This document shows positions 9,514 through 18,483 of a stretch of DNA of 64,000 bases, piece after piece. The notes under the pieces are model-generated. The model made no database searches, had not been told where the DNA came from, and saw only the letters and a program-made list of their open reading frames with translations. The translations under genes were made by a program, and so were the position numbers. Position 1 is the stretch's first letter. The number at the start of each line of letters is the position of its first letter. Source of the stretch: an uncultured SAR116 cluster alpha proteobacterium (GTDB lineage Bacteria; Pseudomonadota; Alphaproteobacteria; Puniceispirillales; Marisalimonadaceae); NCBI GenBank assembly GCA_902615995.1, contig CACMRF010000003.1, positions 10,068 through 74,067 of the forward strand, written 5' to 3'.

Positions 9514-11265
9514 TTAATAAAATAAAATTAAACAACCAACAAATAGTCCTAAAATTTTCAATAAAAAGTGTTTAGCTTTAATTATAAAAAATGAAAACAT
9601 TAACAAACAAATTGAAATTTTAAACATTGAAATTAATGCTTCTATAGGTGTGGACCCTAATTTTATTAAACTTGGATTTGAAACCATTCCTAAAGGAATA
9701 AAATATAATCCCAGACCTAAAATCATAGAAGTTATAGATACTTTTACCCAGTTTTCATTTACCATACCAGCTGCGATAAAAACTGTTCCACATACTGGAG
9801 GAGTTATAGTTGATAAAAGTGCAAACCAAAATACAAATAAATGCACAAGAAGTATGTCTAATCCCATGTCAATCAATGCAGGTCCAGCTACAGTTACGCA
9901 AATTATATAAGCTGCAGTAGTTGGAACTTCCATTCCTAAAATCAAGCATGCTAAAGCAGTGAATAATAACGCTAGCCATACATTATTGTTTGAGAATGAC
10001 ATTATTAAAGATGTTAACTTTATGCCCAGTCCTGTCATAGCCAAAACACCAATAATCAAGGAAGCACATAAAATTATCGAAGCAATTAAAGAAATTTGCT
10101 TGCCACATAAATTACAAGCTTTTTTAAATCTATCAAACCCTATCTTAATATCAAATTTTGTATTTAGATTAAAAAATAATAGTACAAATGATAATAAAAT
10201 TGCTATTGAAGCAGAAAATTGTGGAGTAAAGCCACTAAACATAAAAAATAACAAGATAAAAAATGGAACAAGAAAAAATATAAATGTAAAAAAAACTAAC
10301 TTTTTATTAGGTGTATCCTTTTCTGGCAAAGGCTTTAAATTATAAACACCTGAATAAAAATTAATACCAATCCAAACTGTAAAAAAAAATAATAATGCAG
10401 GAAGAAAAGCAGCAACAATTATTTCATCATAAGGTATGCCTGTTAACTCCACCATAACAAAAGCACCAGCACCCATAAGTGGAGGCATAATTTGTCCTCC
10501 AGAAGAAGCAACTGCTTCTACAGATGCTGCTAACTTTTTTGGGTACCCAAGTTTTTTCATTGTTGGCAATGTGATTGAACCGGTAGACGCAACATTAGCA
10601 GAAGCAGAGCCAGATATGGATCCAAATAATGCTGATGAAATTATTGAAACTTTTGCTGCACCCCCTTTTAGCTTTCCAGCAAAAAATTTTGCAATATTCA
10701 TAAAACCTTCTCCTGCCTCTCCAGCATTTAAAAAACATCCGAATATTACAAAAATTGACACAATCGTAACCGAAACATTGGTTAAAGACCCCCAAAGTCC
10801 AGTTTCAGCAATGGTTAAGTTACCTAAAAAACTATTAACAGGTATTCCAGGATGACCAAATTCTCCAGGTATCAAATAGCCAAACATGCCATATAACAAA
10901 GCAATGAGCGTGACTAATGGTAAAGGCCAACCGACTGATCTTCTAGCCATTTCTAAAACTAAAAATAATAAAAATAAACTTAGTATGAATTGAAATTCAT
11001 TTTCGATAAAACCATATTGATCAGATAACAAATCATGATTTAGAGCAATCCATAAACAAGATAAAACACCGAGAACAGCTAAAACTATATTTATAAAAGA
11101 AATTTTTTTATCATTTTCTGAATATAAAAAAATCCATGGGATAGTAAAAGCCATATGAATGGGTCTTGAAACTAAATTTGGTATCAATCCAGAAAAAATT
11201 AAGTACATATGAAAAATGATTGACCCTAGGCCAATCATTATCCATATATTTTTATCAATTCTCAT
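9514..11265 (-). CDS. TRAP transporter fused permease (TAXI-type DctQM)
   Basis: 583-aa polytopic membrane protein. Its ATG overlaps (TAATG) the stop of the upstream TAXI-type receptor gene. Confidence 0.8.
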   Translation of the reverse strand: MRIDKNIWIMIGLGSIIFHMYLIFSGLIPNLVSRPIHMAFTIPWIFLYSENDKKISFINIVLAVLGVLSCLWIALNHDLLSDQYGFIENEFQFILSLFLLFLVLEMARRSVGWPLPLVTLIALLYGMFGYLIPGEFGHPGIPVNSFLGNLTIAETGLWGSLTNVSVTIVSIFVIFGCFLNAGEAGEGFMNIAKFFAGKLKGGAAKVSIISSALFGSISGSASANVASTGSITLPTMKKLGYPKKLAASVEAVASSGGQIMPPLMGAGAFVMVELTGIPYDEIIVAAFLPALLFFFTVWIGINFYSGVYNLKPLPEKDTPNKKLVFFTFIFFLVPFFILLFFMFSGFTPQFSASIAILLSFVLLFFNLNTKFDIKIGFDRFKKACNLCGKQISLIASIILCASLIIGVLAMTGLGIKLTSLIMSFSNNNVWLALLFTALACLILGMEVPTTAAYIICVTVAGPALIDMGLDILLVHLFVFWFALLSTITPPVCGTVFIAAGMVNENWVKVSITSMILGLGLYFIPLGMVSNPSLIKLGSTPIEALISMFKISICLLMFSFFIIKAKHFLLKILGLFVGCLILFY

Positions 11266-12218
11266 TAATTATGATGAGAAGATATTTTTACGCCTTTTTC
11301 TTTGTAATATTTTAATGCACCTGGGTGAATTTTCGTTGAAATATTATTAATCATGTTAAATTCAACACCATTCCACCACTTAGCAGCTTGACCTAATGAG
11401 TTTTTACTTTCCCAAAAAGTTTTAGTTAAGCTATAAGCAACATCAGAACTCATATCTGTTGTAGTATAAGTAACTACTGGTAATGAAGTTGTTTGAATAT
11501 CAGAACTCTGGCCTTTATAAGTTCCACTAGGTATAATTAACTTAGTTCTTTTTGTTTTTTTAATTTGATCATCTGATAGTGAAATTACATTTACTCCGAC
11601 TGAAGAAGCAGCTTCAATAACATTTGGAGCTGGATAAGATCCAGCTGTAACAAAACCATCAATTTGACCATTCTTTAGTGCGGAAACAGCATTTGACAAT
11701 TCTACATTTGCCAAATTAACTTTGCCTTCCAAACCAAACATCTTAAGGTATTTTGCACCCTCTCTAGCACCAAAAGAACCTTTGCCAATTAATATTGATT
11801 TTCCAGACATTTCTGAAAATTTGGTAACTCCTGATTTTTTTGACATAACAAAATGCATAGTTAACGATGGAATTGGAAATAAGGCTCTTATATCTGAGTA
11901 TCTAGGGTCACCCTTTCCTTTAAACATAGCTTTTTCAGCGATAGCTAGTTTTATTAAAACTGGTGGTGTAGTAAATACATAATTACCTTTTCTAGCCTTA
12001 ACTTCTTTAACATTTTGTACAGAACCTTGGCTCTCTTCTACGGTGACAATAATTGAACCATTCGAGTTTTTTTTCATTGCTTCAGCTATTTGAACACCCA
12101 TTTGATAATATGATGATGTCGATTTAGCTGATTTGTATGTTATTTTAGTATCTGCAAAAGTTAAAGTACTAGATAATAAATAACCTAAAAGTGTTGTCAA
12201 AATATAAAATAACTTCAT
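11265..12218 (-). CDS. TRAP transporter solute receptor, TAXI family
   Basis: 317 aa with signal peptide (MKLFYILTTLLGYLLSSTLTFA) and an SSYYQMGVQIAE block typical of TAXI receptors. Strong GGGGAGGA Shine-Dalgarno. Confidence 0.8.
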   Translation of the reverse strand: MKLFYILTTLLGYLLSSTLTFADTKITYKSAKSTSSYYQMGVQIAEAMKKNSNGSIIVTVEESQGSVQNVKEVKARKGNYVFTTPPVLIKLAIAEKAMFKGKGDPRYSDIRALFPIPSLTMHFVMSKKSGVTKFSEMSGKSILIGKGSFGAREGAKYLKMFGLEGKVNLANVELSNAVSALKNGQIDGFVTAGSYPAPNVIEAASSVGVNVISLSDDQIKKTKRTKLIIPSGTYKGQSSDIQTTSLPVVTYTTTDMSSDVAYSLTKTFWESKNSLGQAAKWWNGVEFNMINNISTKIHPGALKYYKEKGVKISSHHN

Positions 12219-12277
12219 AAATCCTCCCCAAGTTACTTTTTGTACAATAACTATAGTAAAATTAAATTAAAATGAAA

Positions 12278-12493
12278 TTAAAAAGGAAATTTAGATACAG
12301 ATCCTTGTCTGTAAATTTTTAATTCTTTATCTTTTGATACTGGAATACATGTAAAAGTTGGTGGGTTTAAACCAACATCCCTTAATTCCAAGCCTGCATT
12401 TTGAGCATTTGTAAAACATTCAGCAGCTGATTTATATCTTAAGCCACTTTCAAATACGTCTTGATTAAAAAACCATAATAATAGGAATTCCAT
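12278..12493 (-). CDS. Small hypothetical protein (71 aa, two Cys)
   Basis: ATG ORF lying between ibpA and the TAXI-TRAP genes on the same strand. No family recognised. Confidence 0.35.
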   Translation of the reverse strand: MEFLLLWFFNQDVFESGLRYKSAAECFTNAQNAGLELRDVGLNPPTFTCIPVSKDKELKIYRQGSVSKFPF

Positions 12494-12506
12494 GTTAAAG
12501 ATATAA

Positions 12507-12541
12507 TCTTACAAAGCAACATTTCAAGTCACTTTGTAAGA
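12507..12541 (-). terminator. Hairpin (10-bp perfect stem, 15-nt loop) downstream of ibpA; possible intrinsic terminator or attenuator
   Basis: TCTTACAAAG (12507-12516) pairs perfectly with CTTTGTAAGA (12532-12541). On the minus strand it follows the ibpA stop and is followed by a U-containing tract (UUAUAUCUUU). The stem is AT-rich, so stability is modest. Confidence 0.35.
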
Positions 12542-12551
12542 CAATATTATT

Positions 12552-12974
12552 TTAGATAACTTTTAAAGGTATCTTTTTAGGTTTTCTTTCCTCAGGAATT
12601 TCTCTTTTAAGAACAATGTTTAAAAGTCCATTAGATAAGTTTGCTTCTTTGACATCCACATATTGTTCTAATCTGAACTTTTGTTCAAATGATCTTTTGG
12701 CAATTCCATTATAAAGATATTGAACATTTTTATCTTGAACGTCACTCATTATTTGTCCTTTAACTGTAAGAACACCATCATGTACATCAATATTAATATC
12801 TTTTTTATTGAAACCAGATACTGCCAAAGTTATTTCATACTCATCATCAGAATGTCTGATTATGTCATAAGCAGGAAAAGAACTTTGTTTTTCATTATTA
12901 AAATTCTCTAGTTCGTTGAAAAGATTATCGAATCCTACAAAAGAACGTAGAGCTAGTGTTGGTAATATTGTCAT
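12552..12974 (-). CDS. ibpA: Small heat-shock protein, Hsp20/IbpA family
   Basis: Alpha-crystallin domain (YEITLAVSGFNKKDINIDVHDGVLTVKG). I prefer the ATG at 12972-12974, with AGGAG 8 nt upstream, over the track's TTG at 12995. Confidence 0.85.
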   Translation of the reverse strand: MTILPTLALRSFVGFDNLFNELENFNNEKQSSFPAYDIIRHSDDEYEITLAVSGFNKKDINIDVHDGVLTVKGQIMSDVQDKNVQYLYNGIAKRSFEQKFRLEQYVDVKEANLSNGLLNIVLKREIPEERKPKKIPLKVI

Positions 12975-13115
12975 AATATACTCCTTTAAAAGCAAGTTAA
13001 CGAAAATCCCATTATGGCGATTTCCTGATTTAAATAGACATCCAAATAATGCAATGCCTACATTATACGTGGTTAATTAATTTGAAATTTCAATAGTATA
13101 TTGTATATTTTTTCT

Positions 13116-14204
13116 ATGTTTATTTCAGAAATTAAAATCGATACTTATAACATTCCTTTACCTGAACCAGTTGAAGCTTACGCAGCAGGAGTTATGAAAT
13201 CTTTTGACTTAGTTGTATGTAGAATAACAAATGATGATGAAGTTGAAGGAGTTGGTTACATAACAGTCCATGAAAATCAAGGAAAAGCTATTGCACAAAT
13301 AATAAAAGATAGTTTTATTGATTTACTTAAAAATAAGGATCCTAGATATATTGAGTATTTATGGAACCTCATGTGGAAAAAAGTACATTACGCAGGGAGA
13401 GGTGCACCCGTAAGCTTTGCAATAGCTGCGGTGGATGTGGCATTGTGGGATCTTAAAGGGAAATATCTAAATGAACCATTATGGAGTTTATTAGGTGGAT
13501 ATCAAAAAAATGTATTATGTTACGCGGGTAATATAGATTTAAATTTTTCAAAAGACAAATTATTAGCTGAAGCTAGCAAATCACTAAATCAAGGGTTTAG
13601 AGCAATCAAAATGAGACTTGGTAGAGAAACATTAAAAGAAGATTTAGAAAGATTAGATGCAATGAGAAGTTACTTGCCAAATGATATATCATTAATGGCT
13701 GATGCTAATGAGGCATGGTCAGTTAATCAAGCCATGAAAGCATTCAACGAAATTGAAAAGTTTAATTTAGTTTGGTTAGAGGAGCCCATCAAACCCGACG
13801 ATTTTGAAGGTTATAAATATTTAAGATCTCTCGGAAAAGTTCCAATTGCGGCAGGGGAAAATTTACACACACTAGCTGAAATGAATTTATTAATAAAACA
13901 TAATGGTGTTGATTATGTTGAACCAGACCTAACTACTTGTGGTGGAATAACAACTTATATGAAAGTTGCAAAACTTGCTGAAATAAATAACTTACCTGTG
14001 GTGTCACACGGCGTTCATGAACTTCATGTTCACCTACTAGCGGCTTGTCCAAATGCTTCATATATGGAATTTCATGCTTGGAGAATTGATGATTATATAG
14101 AAGAAAAACTCTCAATAAATAATGGATACTCTCCTGCTCCAGACAAGCCTGGCCATGGTGTTGTTTTTGATTTTGAAAAACTCTCAAAACTTAAGATTGA
14201 TTAA
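13116..14204 (+). CDS. Enolase-superfamily enzyme, mandelate racemase/muconate lactonizing (acid-sugar dehydratase-like) subgroup
   Basis: IKMRLG, and metal-ligand blocks LMADANEAW, WLEEP and AAGEN. ATG at 13116 preferred over TTG at 13101. Confidence 0.8.
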   Translation: MFISEIKIDTYNIPLPEPVEAYAAGVMKSFDLVVCRITNDDEVEGVGYITVHENQGKAIAQIIKDSFIDLLKNKDPRYIEYLWNLMWKKVHYAGRGAPVSFAIAAVDVALWDLKGKYLNEPLWSLLGGYQKNVLCYAGNIDLNFSKDKLLAEASKSLNQGFRAIKMRLGRETLKEDLERLDAMRSYLPNDISLMADANEAWSVNQAMKAFNEIEKFNLVWLEEPIKPDDFEGYKYLRSLGKVPIAAGENLHTLAEMNLLIKHNGVDYVEPDLTTCGGITTYMKVAKLAEINNLPVVSHGVHELHVHLLAACPNASYMEFHAWRIDDYIEEKLSINNGYSPAPDKPGHGVVFDFEKLSKLKID

Positions 14205-14210
14205 CTTATT

Positions 14211-14636
14211 ATGAATAATGAAATAAGATCAATCAGTAATAAGATGCATGAACGTGGTTTAAGTTCAGATAAACAAGAATTTGGATCATTCTATTTATTA
14301 AGATTTTTGGGCGCTAAAATAAATTTTGAACCTAACCAATGCATAGTTTCATTAGAATCTGTTCCACCAATGTTTAACCCCCAAGGCACTCTTCATGGGG
14401 GAATAATTACAACAATTATGGATATATCAATGGGACATTTAATAAAAAATGAACAAAGTGCAGGAACTACTTTAGAATTAAAAGTAAATTTTATGTCAGC
14501 TATTAAACATGAAAAAATTAAATGTGTTGGATCTTTTTTAAAAAAAGGACGAACTATAAGTACACTAGATTCTAAATTATTCAGAGAAGATGGCAAATTA
14601 GCTGCATACGCTACATCAACGTGGAAAATTTTATAA
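14211..14636 (+). CDS. PaaI-family hot-dog fold thioesterase
   Basis: 141 aa. GTLHGGIITTIMDISMG matches the PaaI/'uncharacterized domain 1' thioesterase signature. Confidence 0.75.
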   Translation: MNNEIRSISNKMHERGLSSDKQEFGSFYLLRFLGAKINFEPNQCIVSLESVPPMFNPQGTLHGGIITTIMDISMGHLIKNEQSAGTTLELKVNFMSAIKHEKIKCVGSFLKKGRTISTLDSKLFREDGKLAAYATSTWKIL

Positions 14637-15449
14637 GTTCTCTCTTAACTTACAGTATTCTTCTCCTGACATTTCAAAATATTTTATATTTGGATAGTTT
14701 AATTTCATTGGTTTGGGGTCAACTATTTCGATAGAAATATTATTTGCCATACCTATTCTCAAAGCAATTGATGTAATATTTACACTAAAGGAAGTTCCAA
14801 TAAAAATCATTTTTTTTGCTGAATTCATCCATTCTTCAGCCTCAGAAAACCTGTAAATTTCGGTGTACATTTCGTCAAATAATAATACAAAAGGCTTTAA
14901 AGAAAATTTAATTTTAGGTTTAAAATTGTTTGTTTCTAAAATTTTAAATTTATCAAATAAAGATGAAACTAATTTATTATCATCATGTGAAGGATCAATT
15001 TCATTCCAATTTGCATCAATAGGTGTTTGATACTCCATTTCATCTTGATATGTAACAACTTTATCTAATCTTCCGTGAATACTTATATAATTTTTATTTC
15101 CAGCTTTAGCATCCAAACCATCAATATTTTGAGTTATAAGGTTTTTATTAGATAGCCATTTATGTACAAAATTTGGTTTTGCATCTTTATAGGCAATGAA
15201 CCTTTTAAAATACCATAGTAAAAATTGATCCGGGTGATTTTCATACATATATCTAGTTGCCATTTCTTGTGGTGTATAATTAACGCTACCTACTGTCCAA
15301 AATCCATCACTTCCTCTAAATGTTGGTATGCCACTTGCTGAACTAACACCAGCACCAGTTATATATAATTCTTGCAATTTTTTACTTCTAAATAAATATT
15401 TTGTGTATATGTTATGATTAAATAATATTAATTCTAATTTTATATGCAA
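14631..15449 (-). CDS. Sir2-family NAD-dependent protein deacylase (atypical: no zinc-ribbon cysteines)
   Basis: GAGVSSASGIPTFRG, QNIDGL and IHG sirtuin motifs. The track start is a TTG at 15449, which overlaps the divergent ABC gene. An in-frame TTG at 15377 (MQELYITGAG...) is a plausible alternative start. Confidence 0.8.
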   Translation of the reverse strand: MHIKLELILFNHNIYTKYLFRSKKLQELYITGAGVSSASGIPTFRGSDGFWTVGSVNYTPQEMATRYMYENHPDQFLLWYFKRFIAYKDAKPNFVHKWLSNKNLITQNIDGLDAKAGNKNYISIHGRLDKVVTYQDEMEYQTPIDANWNEIDPSHDDNKLVSSLFDKFKILETNNFKPKIKFSLKPFVLLFDEMYTEIYRFSEAEEWMNSAKKMIFIGTSFSVNITSIALRIGMANNISIEIVDPKPMKLNYPNIKYFEMSGEEYCKLRENL

Positions 15450-16367
15450 ACTATAATAGAAATCAAAAATCTTAGAAAGACATATAAAGATAATAAAGTT
15501 GCTTTAGATGATGTGAATCTTAATATTTTTAAAGGCGAGATCATTGCTTTGTTAGGACCAAATGGTGCCGGTAAAACTACATTAATATCCAATATATGCG
15601 GAATATCTTCCATTACATCTGGTGATATAAAAGTTAATGGTTTTGATGTAGTAGATAATTATAGAGAGGCCAGAAAATGTATTGGCATAGTACCTCAAGA
15701 ATTGTCTTTTGAACCTTTTGAAAAAGTTATTAATACAGTAAATTTTTCAAGACAATTATTTGGCAAAAAACCTGACGAAGAATATATTGAAAATTTATTA
15801 AAAAAGTTAAGTTTATGGGACAAAAAAGATCAAATTATTAGATCTCTATCTGGCGGAATGAAAAGAAGAGTTTTGATTGCTAAGGCATTAAGCCATGAGC
15901 CAGATGTCCTGTTTTTGGATGAACCAACTGCCGGCGTAGATGTTGAGCTTAGAAAAGATATGTGGAATACTATCAAAAATCTTCAAAATAGCGGCGTTAC
16001 AATTATTTTAACCACGCATTATATTGAAGAAGCAGAATTAATGGCAAACAGAATTGCTATTATTAATCATGGGAAAATTTTATTAATTGATAAGAAAGAC
16101 AATTTAATAGATAGAATGAGTAAAAAAACATTAATAATTCATACAAATAGTAAAATTAACAAAATAGATAAAGCTTTAGAAAAATTTCAACTTCGTGTAA
16201 GCAAAGATAAAAAAAATTTAGAATATGATTATAGCCCCAATAAGAAAAAAACAGGTATAACTACTTTATTAAATGAGATAAAGAAAACTGGAATAGAGTT
16301 AATAGATGTTCAGACTAAACAATCTAATCTTGAACAAATATTTGTTGAGATTTTAAAAAATGATTAA
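15444..16367 (+). CDS. ABC transporter ATP-binding protein (ABC-2 exporter type)
   Basis: Walker A GPNGAGKTT, signature LSGGMKRR, Walker B LFLDEPTAGVD. Confidence 0.9.
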   Translation: MQTIIEIKNLRKTYKDNKVALDDVNLNIFKGEIIALLGPNGAGKTTLISNICGISSITSGDIKVNGFDVVDNYREARKCIGIVPQELSFEPFEKVINTVNFSRQLFGKKPDEEYIENLLKKLSLWDKKDQIIRSLSGGMKRRVLIAKALSHEPDVLFLDEPTAGVDVELRKDMWNTIKNLQNSGVTIILTTHYIEEAELMANRIAIINHGKILLIDKKDNLIDRMSKKTLIIHTNSKINKIDKALEKFQLRVSKDKKNLEYDYSPNKKKTGITTLLNEIKKTGIELIDVQTKQSNLEQIFVEILKND

Positions 16368-17124
16368 TTTCAGATCTATTAAAGCTATTTATATTTTTGA
16401 AATGTCTCGAACATTTAGAACACTTATCCAAAATCTTATTTCTCCAATATTATCAACTGTTTTATATTTCATTGTCTTTGGAACAGCAATTGGAAATAAC
16501 ATAAACTTTACAAATGAAATACCTTACGGTGCATTTATAGTGCCTGGATTAGTGATTTTAACTATTTCAATGCAAAGTGTAAACAACGCATCATTTGGCA
16601 TATTTTTTCCTAAATTTCTAGGTACTACTTATGAAATTTTATCAGCCCCAATCTCATATGTTGAAATTGTTATTGGTTATGTTGGTGCTTCTGCAACTAA
16701 ATCATTTTGTCTTGGATTACTAATTTTAATAACCTCAACTTTTTTTGTTGATCTTAATATCAAATTTCCAATTTTGATGTTGTGTATGCTGTTATTATCC
16801 TGTGTATCATTTAGTTTATTAGGTTTTATTATTGGAATTGCTTCAGACAATTTTGAACAAATAAATTTTGTTCCAATGATAATTATCACACCATTAGTTT
16901 TTTTAGGCGGTAGTTTTTATACCATTGATGTGCTTCCAGATTTTTGGCAAACAATTACATTATTCAACCCTATATTTTATCTTGTATCTGGTTTTAGATA
17001 TTCTTTTTTTGGTACAGGTGAAGTTAATATTTTAATAAGTATATTTTCAATTTCTTTGTTTATTTTACTATGTATAATAATTATATGGAGAATTTTTAAA
17101 ACAGGATACAAAATCAAAACATAG
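16360..17124 (+). CDS. ABC-2 type transporter permease
   Basis: 254 aa with about 6 TM helices. Its ATG overlaps the end of the ATPase gene by 8 nt. Confidence 0.8.
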   Translation: MINFRSIKAIYIFEMSRTFRTLIQNLISPILSTVLYFIVFGTAIGNNINFTNEIPYGAFIVPGLVILTISMQSVNNASFGIFFPKFLGTTYEILSAPISYVEIVIGYVGASATKSFCLGLLILITSTFFVDLNIKFPILMLCMLLLSCVSFSLLGFIIGIASDNFEQINFVPMIIITPLVFLGGSFYTIDVLPDFWQTITLFNPIFYLVSGFRYSFFGTGEVNILISIFSISLFILLCIIIIWRIFKTGYKIKT

Positions 17125-17132
17125 GATTAAAA

Positions 17133-17768
17133 ATGAAATTATATAATTTTACAATTGCTCCAAATGGAAGAAGAGTGAAAATTTTTTTAAAATTTAAAAA
17201 TAAAGAAATACCAGAACAAGAAATTAATGTTAGAGAAGGCGAACAATTTAAAGAGCCTTTCAAATCTATGAATCCATTTAATTGCGTCCCCTTTCTTCAA
17301 CTCGATGATAATACAATAATCTCTGAAAGTATTAGTATTTGTAAATATTTAGAAGAGGAACATTTTCCAGAACCTACTTTATTTGGATCTACACCTAAGA
17401 TGAGAGCATATATTGATATGTGGAACAGAAGGTTAGAATTAGACGGCTATTCTCCTTTAGGGAATGCAATAAGAAACAAATCATCATTTTTTGTTAATAG
17501 AGTATTAGCAGGCACGAGAAATGATATTAAACAAATGCCGGCAATTGTAGAAAGAGGCATACAAATGATCGAATTGCTTTTTCAAAGAATTGATCAACAT
17601 CTTGAAAAAAACACATTTATTTGTGGAGAACAATTTACAATTGCTGATATAACGGGATATTCAATTTTTAAATCATGTGAATTATTAAAATTTGAAATAC
17701 CAAAAACATTGCCAAATACAATAAGATGGAGAGATACTCTATACAAACAAGATTGTTTCGATGTCTGA
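17133..17768 (+). CDS. Glutathione S-transferase
   Basis: 211 aa. Thioredoxin-like N-domain with VPFLQLDDNTIISES (cis-Pro loop, Ser) and a helical C-domain. Confidence 0.8.
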   Translation: MKLYNFTIAPNGRRVKIFLKFKNKEIPEQEINVREGEQFKEPFKSMNPFNCVPFLQLDDNTIISESISICKYLEEEHFPEPTLFGSTPKMRAYIDMWNRRLELDGYSPLGNAIRNKSSFFVNRVLAGTRNDIKQMPAIVERGIQMIELLFQRIDQHLEKNTFICGEQFTIADITGYSIFKSCELLKFEIPKTLPNTIRWRDTLYKQDCFDV

Positions 17769-18477
17769 AAAAGAAAAAGTTTGTATCGTTACTGGAGTTG
17801 GTCCTGACAAAGGAACTGGCGCTGAAATAGCAAAACTTTTTGGTAAAAAAAAATATAAAGTTGCAATGATTGCAAGGAATAAAAAAAATTTAAATGATTT
17901 AGAAAAAAAATATAAAAACATTTTTTCATATCCTTGTGATGTAGGTGATTTGGAAAAGTTTAAAAAAACCTTAAAGAAAATAAAAAATAATTTAGGTCCT
18001 GCAGATGTTGTAATACATAATGCTCCAAGTGCATCAAGAGGAAGTATATTAAAATTAAATCCTGATGATTTAGAACTAAATTTTAGAGTAAATACAACAG
18101 CCCTATTACATCTTGTAAGAGAAACTTTGCCAAGTATGTTGTCCAAAAAAAAAGGAAGTATTTTAATAACTGGTAATACTGCAGCAACTAGAGGTAAATC
18201 ACATTGGGGGTTTTTTGCGTCTACAAAAGCAGCTCAAAGAATTTTGGCCGAATCAATTGCAAGAGAATTTGGTCCTAAAGGTATACACGTTGCTTATTTC
18301 ATTATTGACGCAGCTATAGATACACCAAGAACACGTCCTTACATGCAACCGGACAAACCAGACGATTATTTCTCAAAACCAACTGCAATAGCAGAAGAAA
18401 TGTATAAAACAGTGCTTCAGGATAAATCAACGTGGTCTTTTCGAGTAGAGTTAAGACCATTCGGTGAAACATGGTAA
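17761..18477 (+). CDS. SDR-family oxidoreductase
   Basis: IVTGVGPDKGTGAEIA nucleotide-binding loop. 238 aa. Overlaps the GST stop by 8 nt. Confidence 0.75.
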   Translation: MSEKEKVCIVTGVGPDKGTGAEIAKLFGKKKYKVAMIARNKKNLNDLEKKYKNIFSYPCDVGDLEKFKKTLKKIKNNLGPADVVIHNAPSASRGSILKLNPDDLELNFRVNTTALLHLVRETLPSMLSKKKGSILITGNTAATRGKSHWGFFASTKAAQRILAESIAREFGPKGIHVAYFIIDAAIDTPRTRPYMQPDKPDDYFSKPTAIAEEMYKTVLQDKSTWSFRVELRPFGETW

Positions 18478-18483
18478 AACTTT

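Noticed and set aside
10436-10855. 139-aa ORF on the plus strand inside the TAXI-TRAP permease gene, and a similar 128-aa ORF at 9959-10345
   Set aside because: It lies entirely antisense to a well-supported membrane-protein gene. Its low-complexity Pro/Ala/Ile-rich translation is typical of a shadow frame. It has no start context and no recognisable family.
12975-13060. A sigma-32 heat-shock promoter and a ROSE-like RNA thermometer upstream of ibpA (TTGGA...CGCCATAAT; UUGCU near the AGGAG)
   Set aside because: Spacing between the -35-like and CCCCAT-like elements is about 21-24 nt, far from the 16-18 nt consensus. I could not fold a convincing SD-sequestering hairpin from the 35-nt leader. 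The resemblance is too weak to report as a feature.
14631-15449. The Sir2-domain protein as a possible anti-phage defence component (Thoeris ThsA, DSR or SIR2-HerA type)
   Set aside because: It has the full sirtuin deacylase signature (GAGxS..GIPxFRG, QNIDGL, HG) and CobB-like size. It has no fused SLOG, TIR or helicase domains and no partner defence genes. Its neighbours are a thioesterase and an ABC exporter.
17739-18146. 135-aa minus-strand ORF overlapping the GST end and the first SDR gene
   Set aside because: It is antisense to a gene with clear SDR motifs. The translation is Phe/Lys/Ser-rich with no recognisable domain. A frame-shadow artefact is the simplest explanation.
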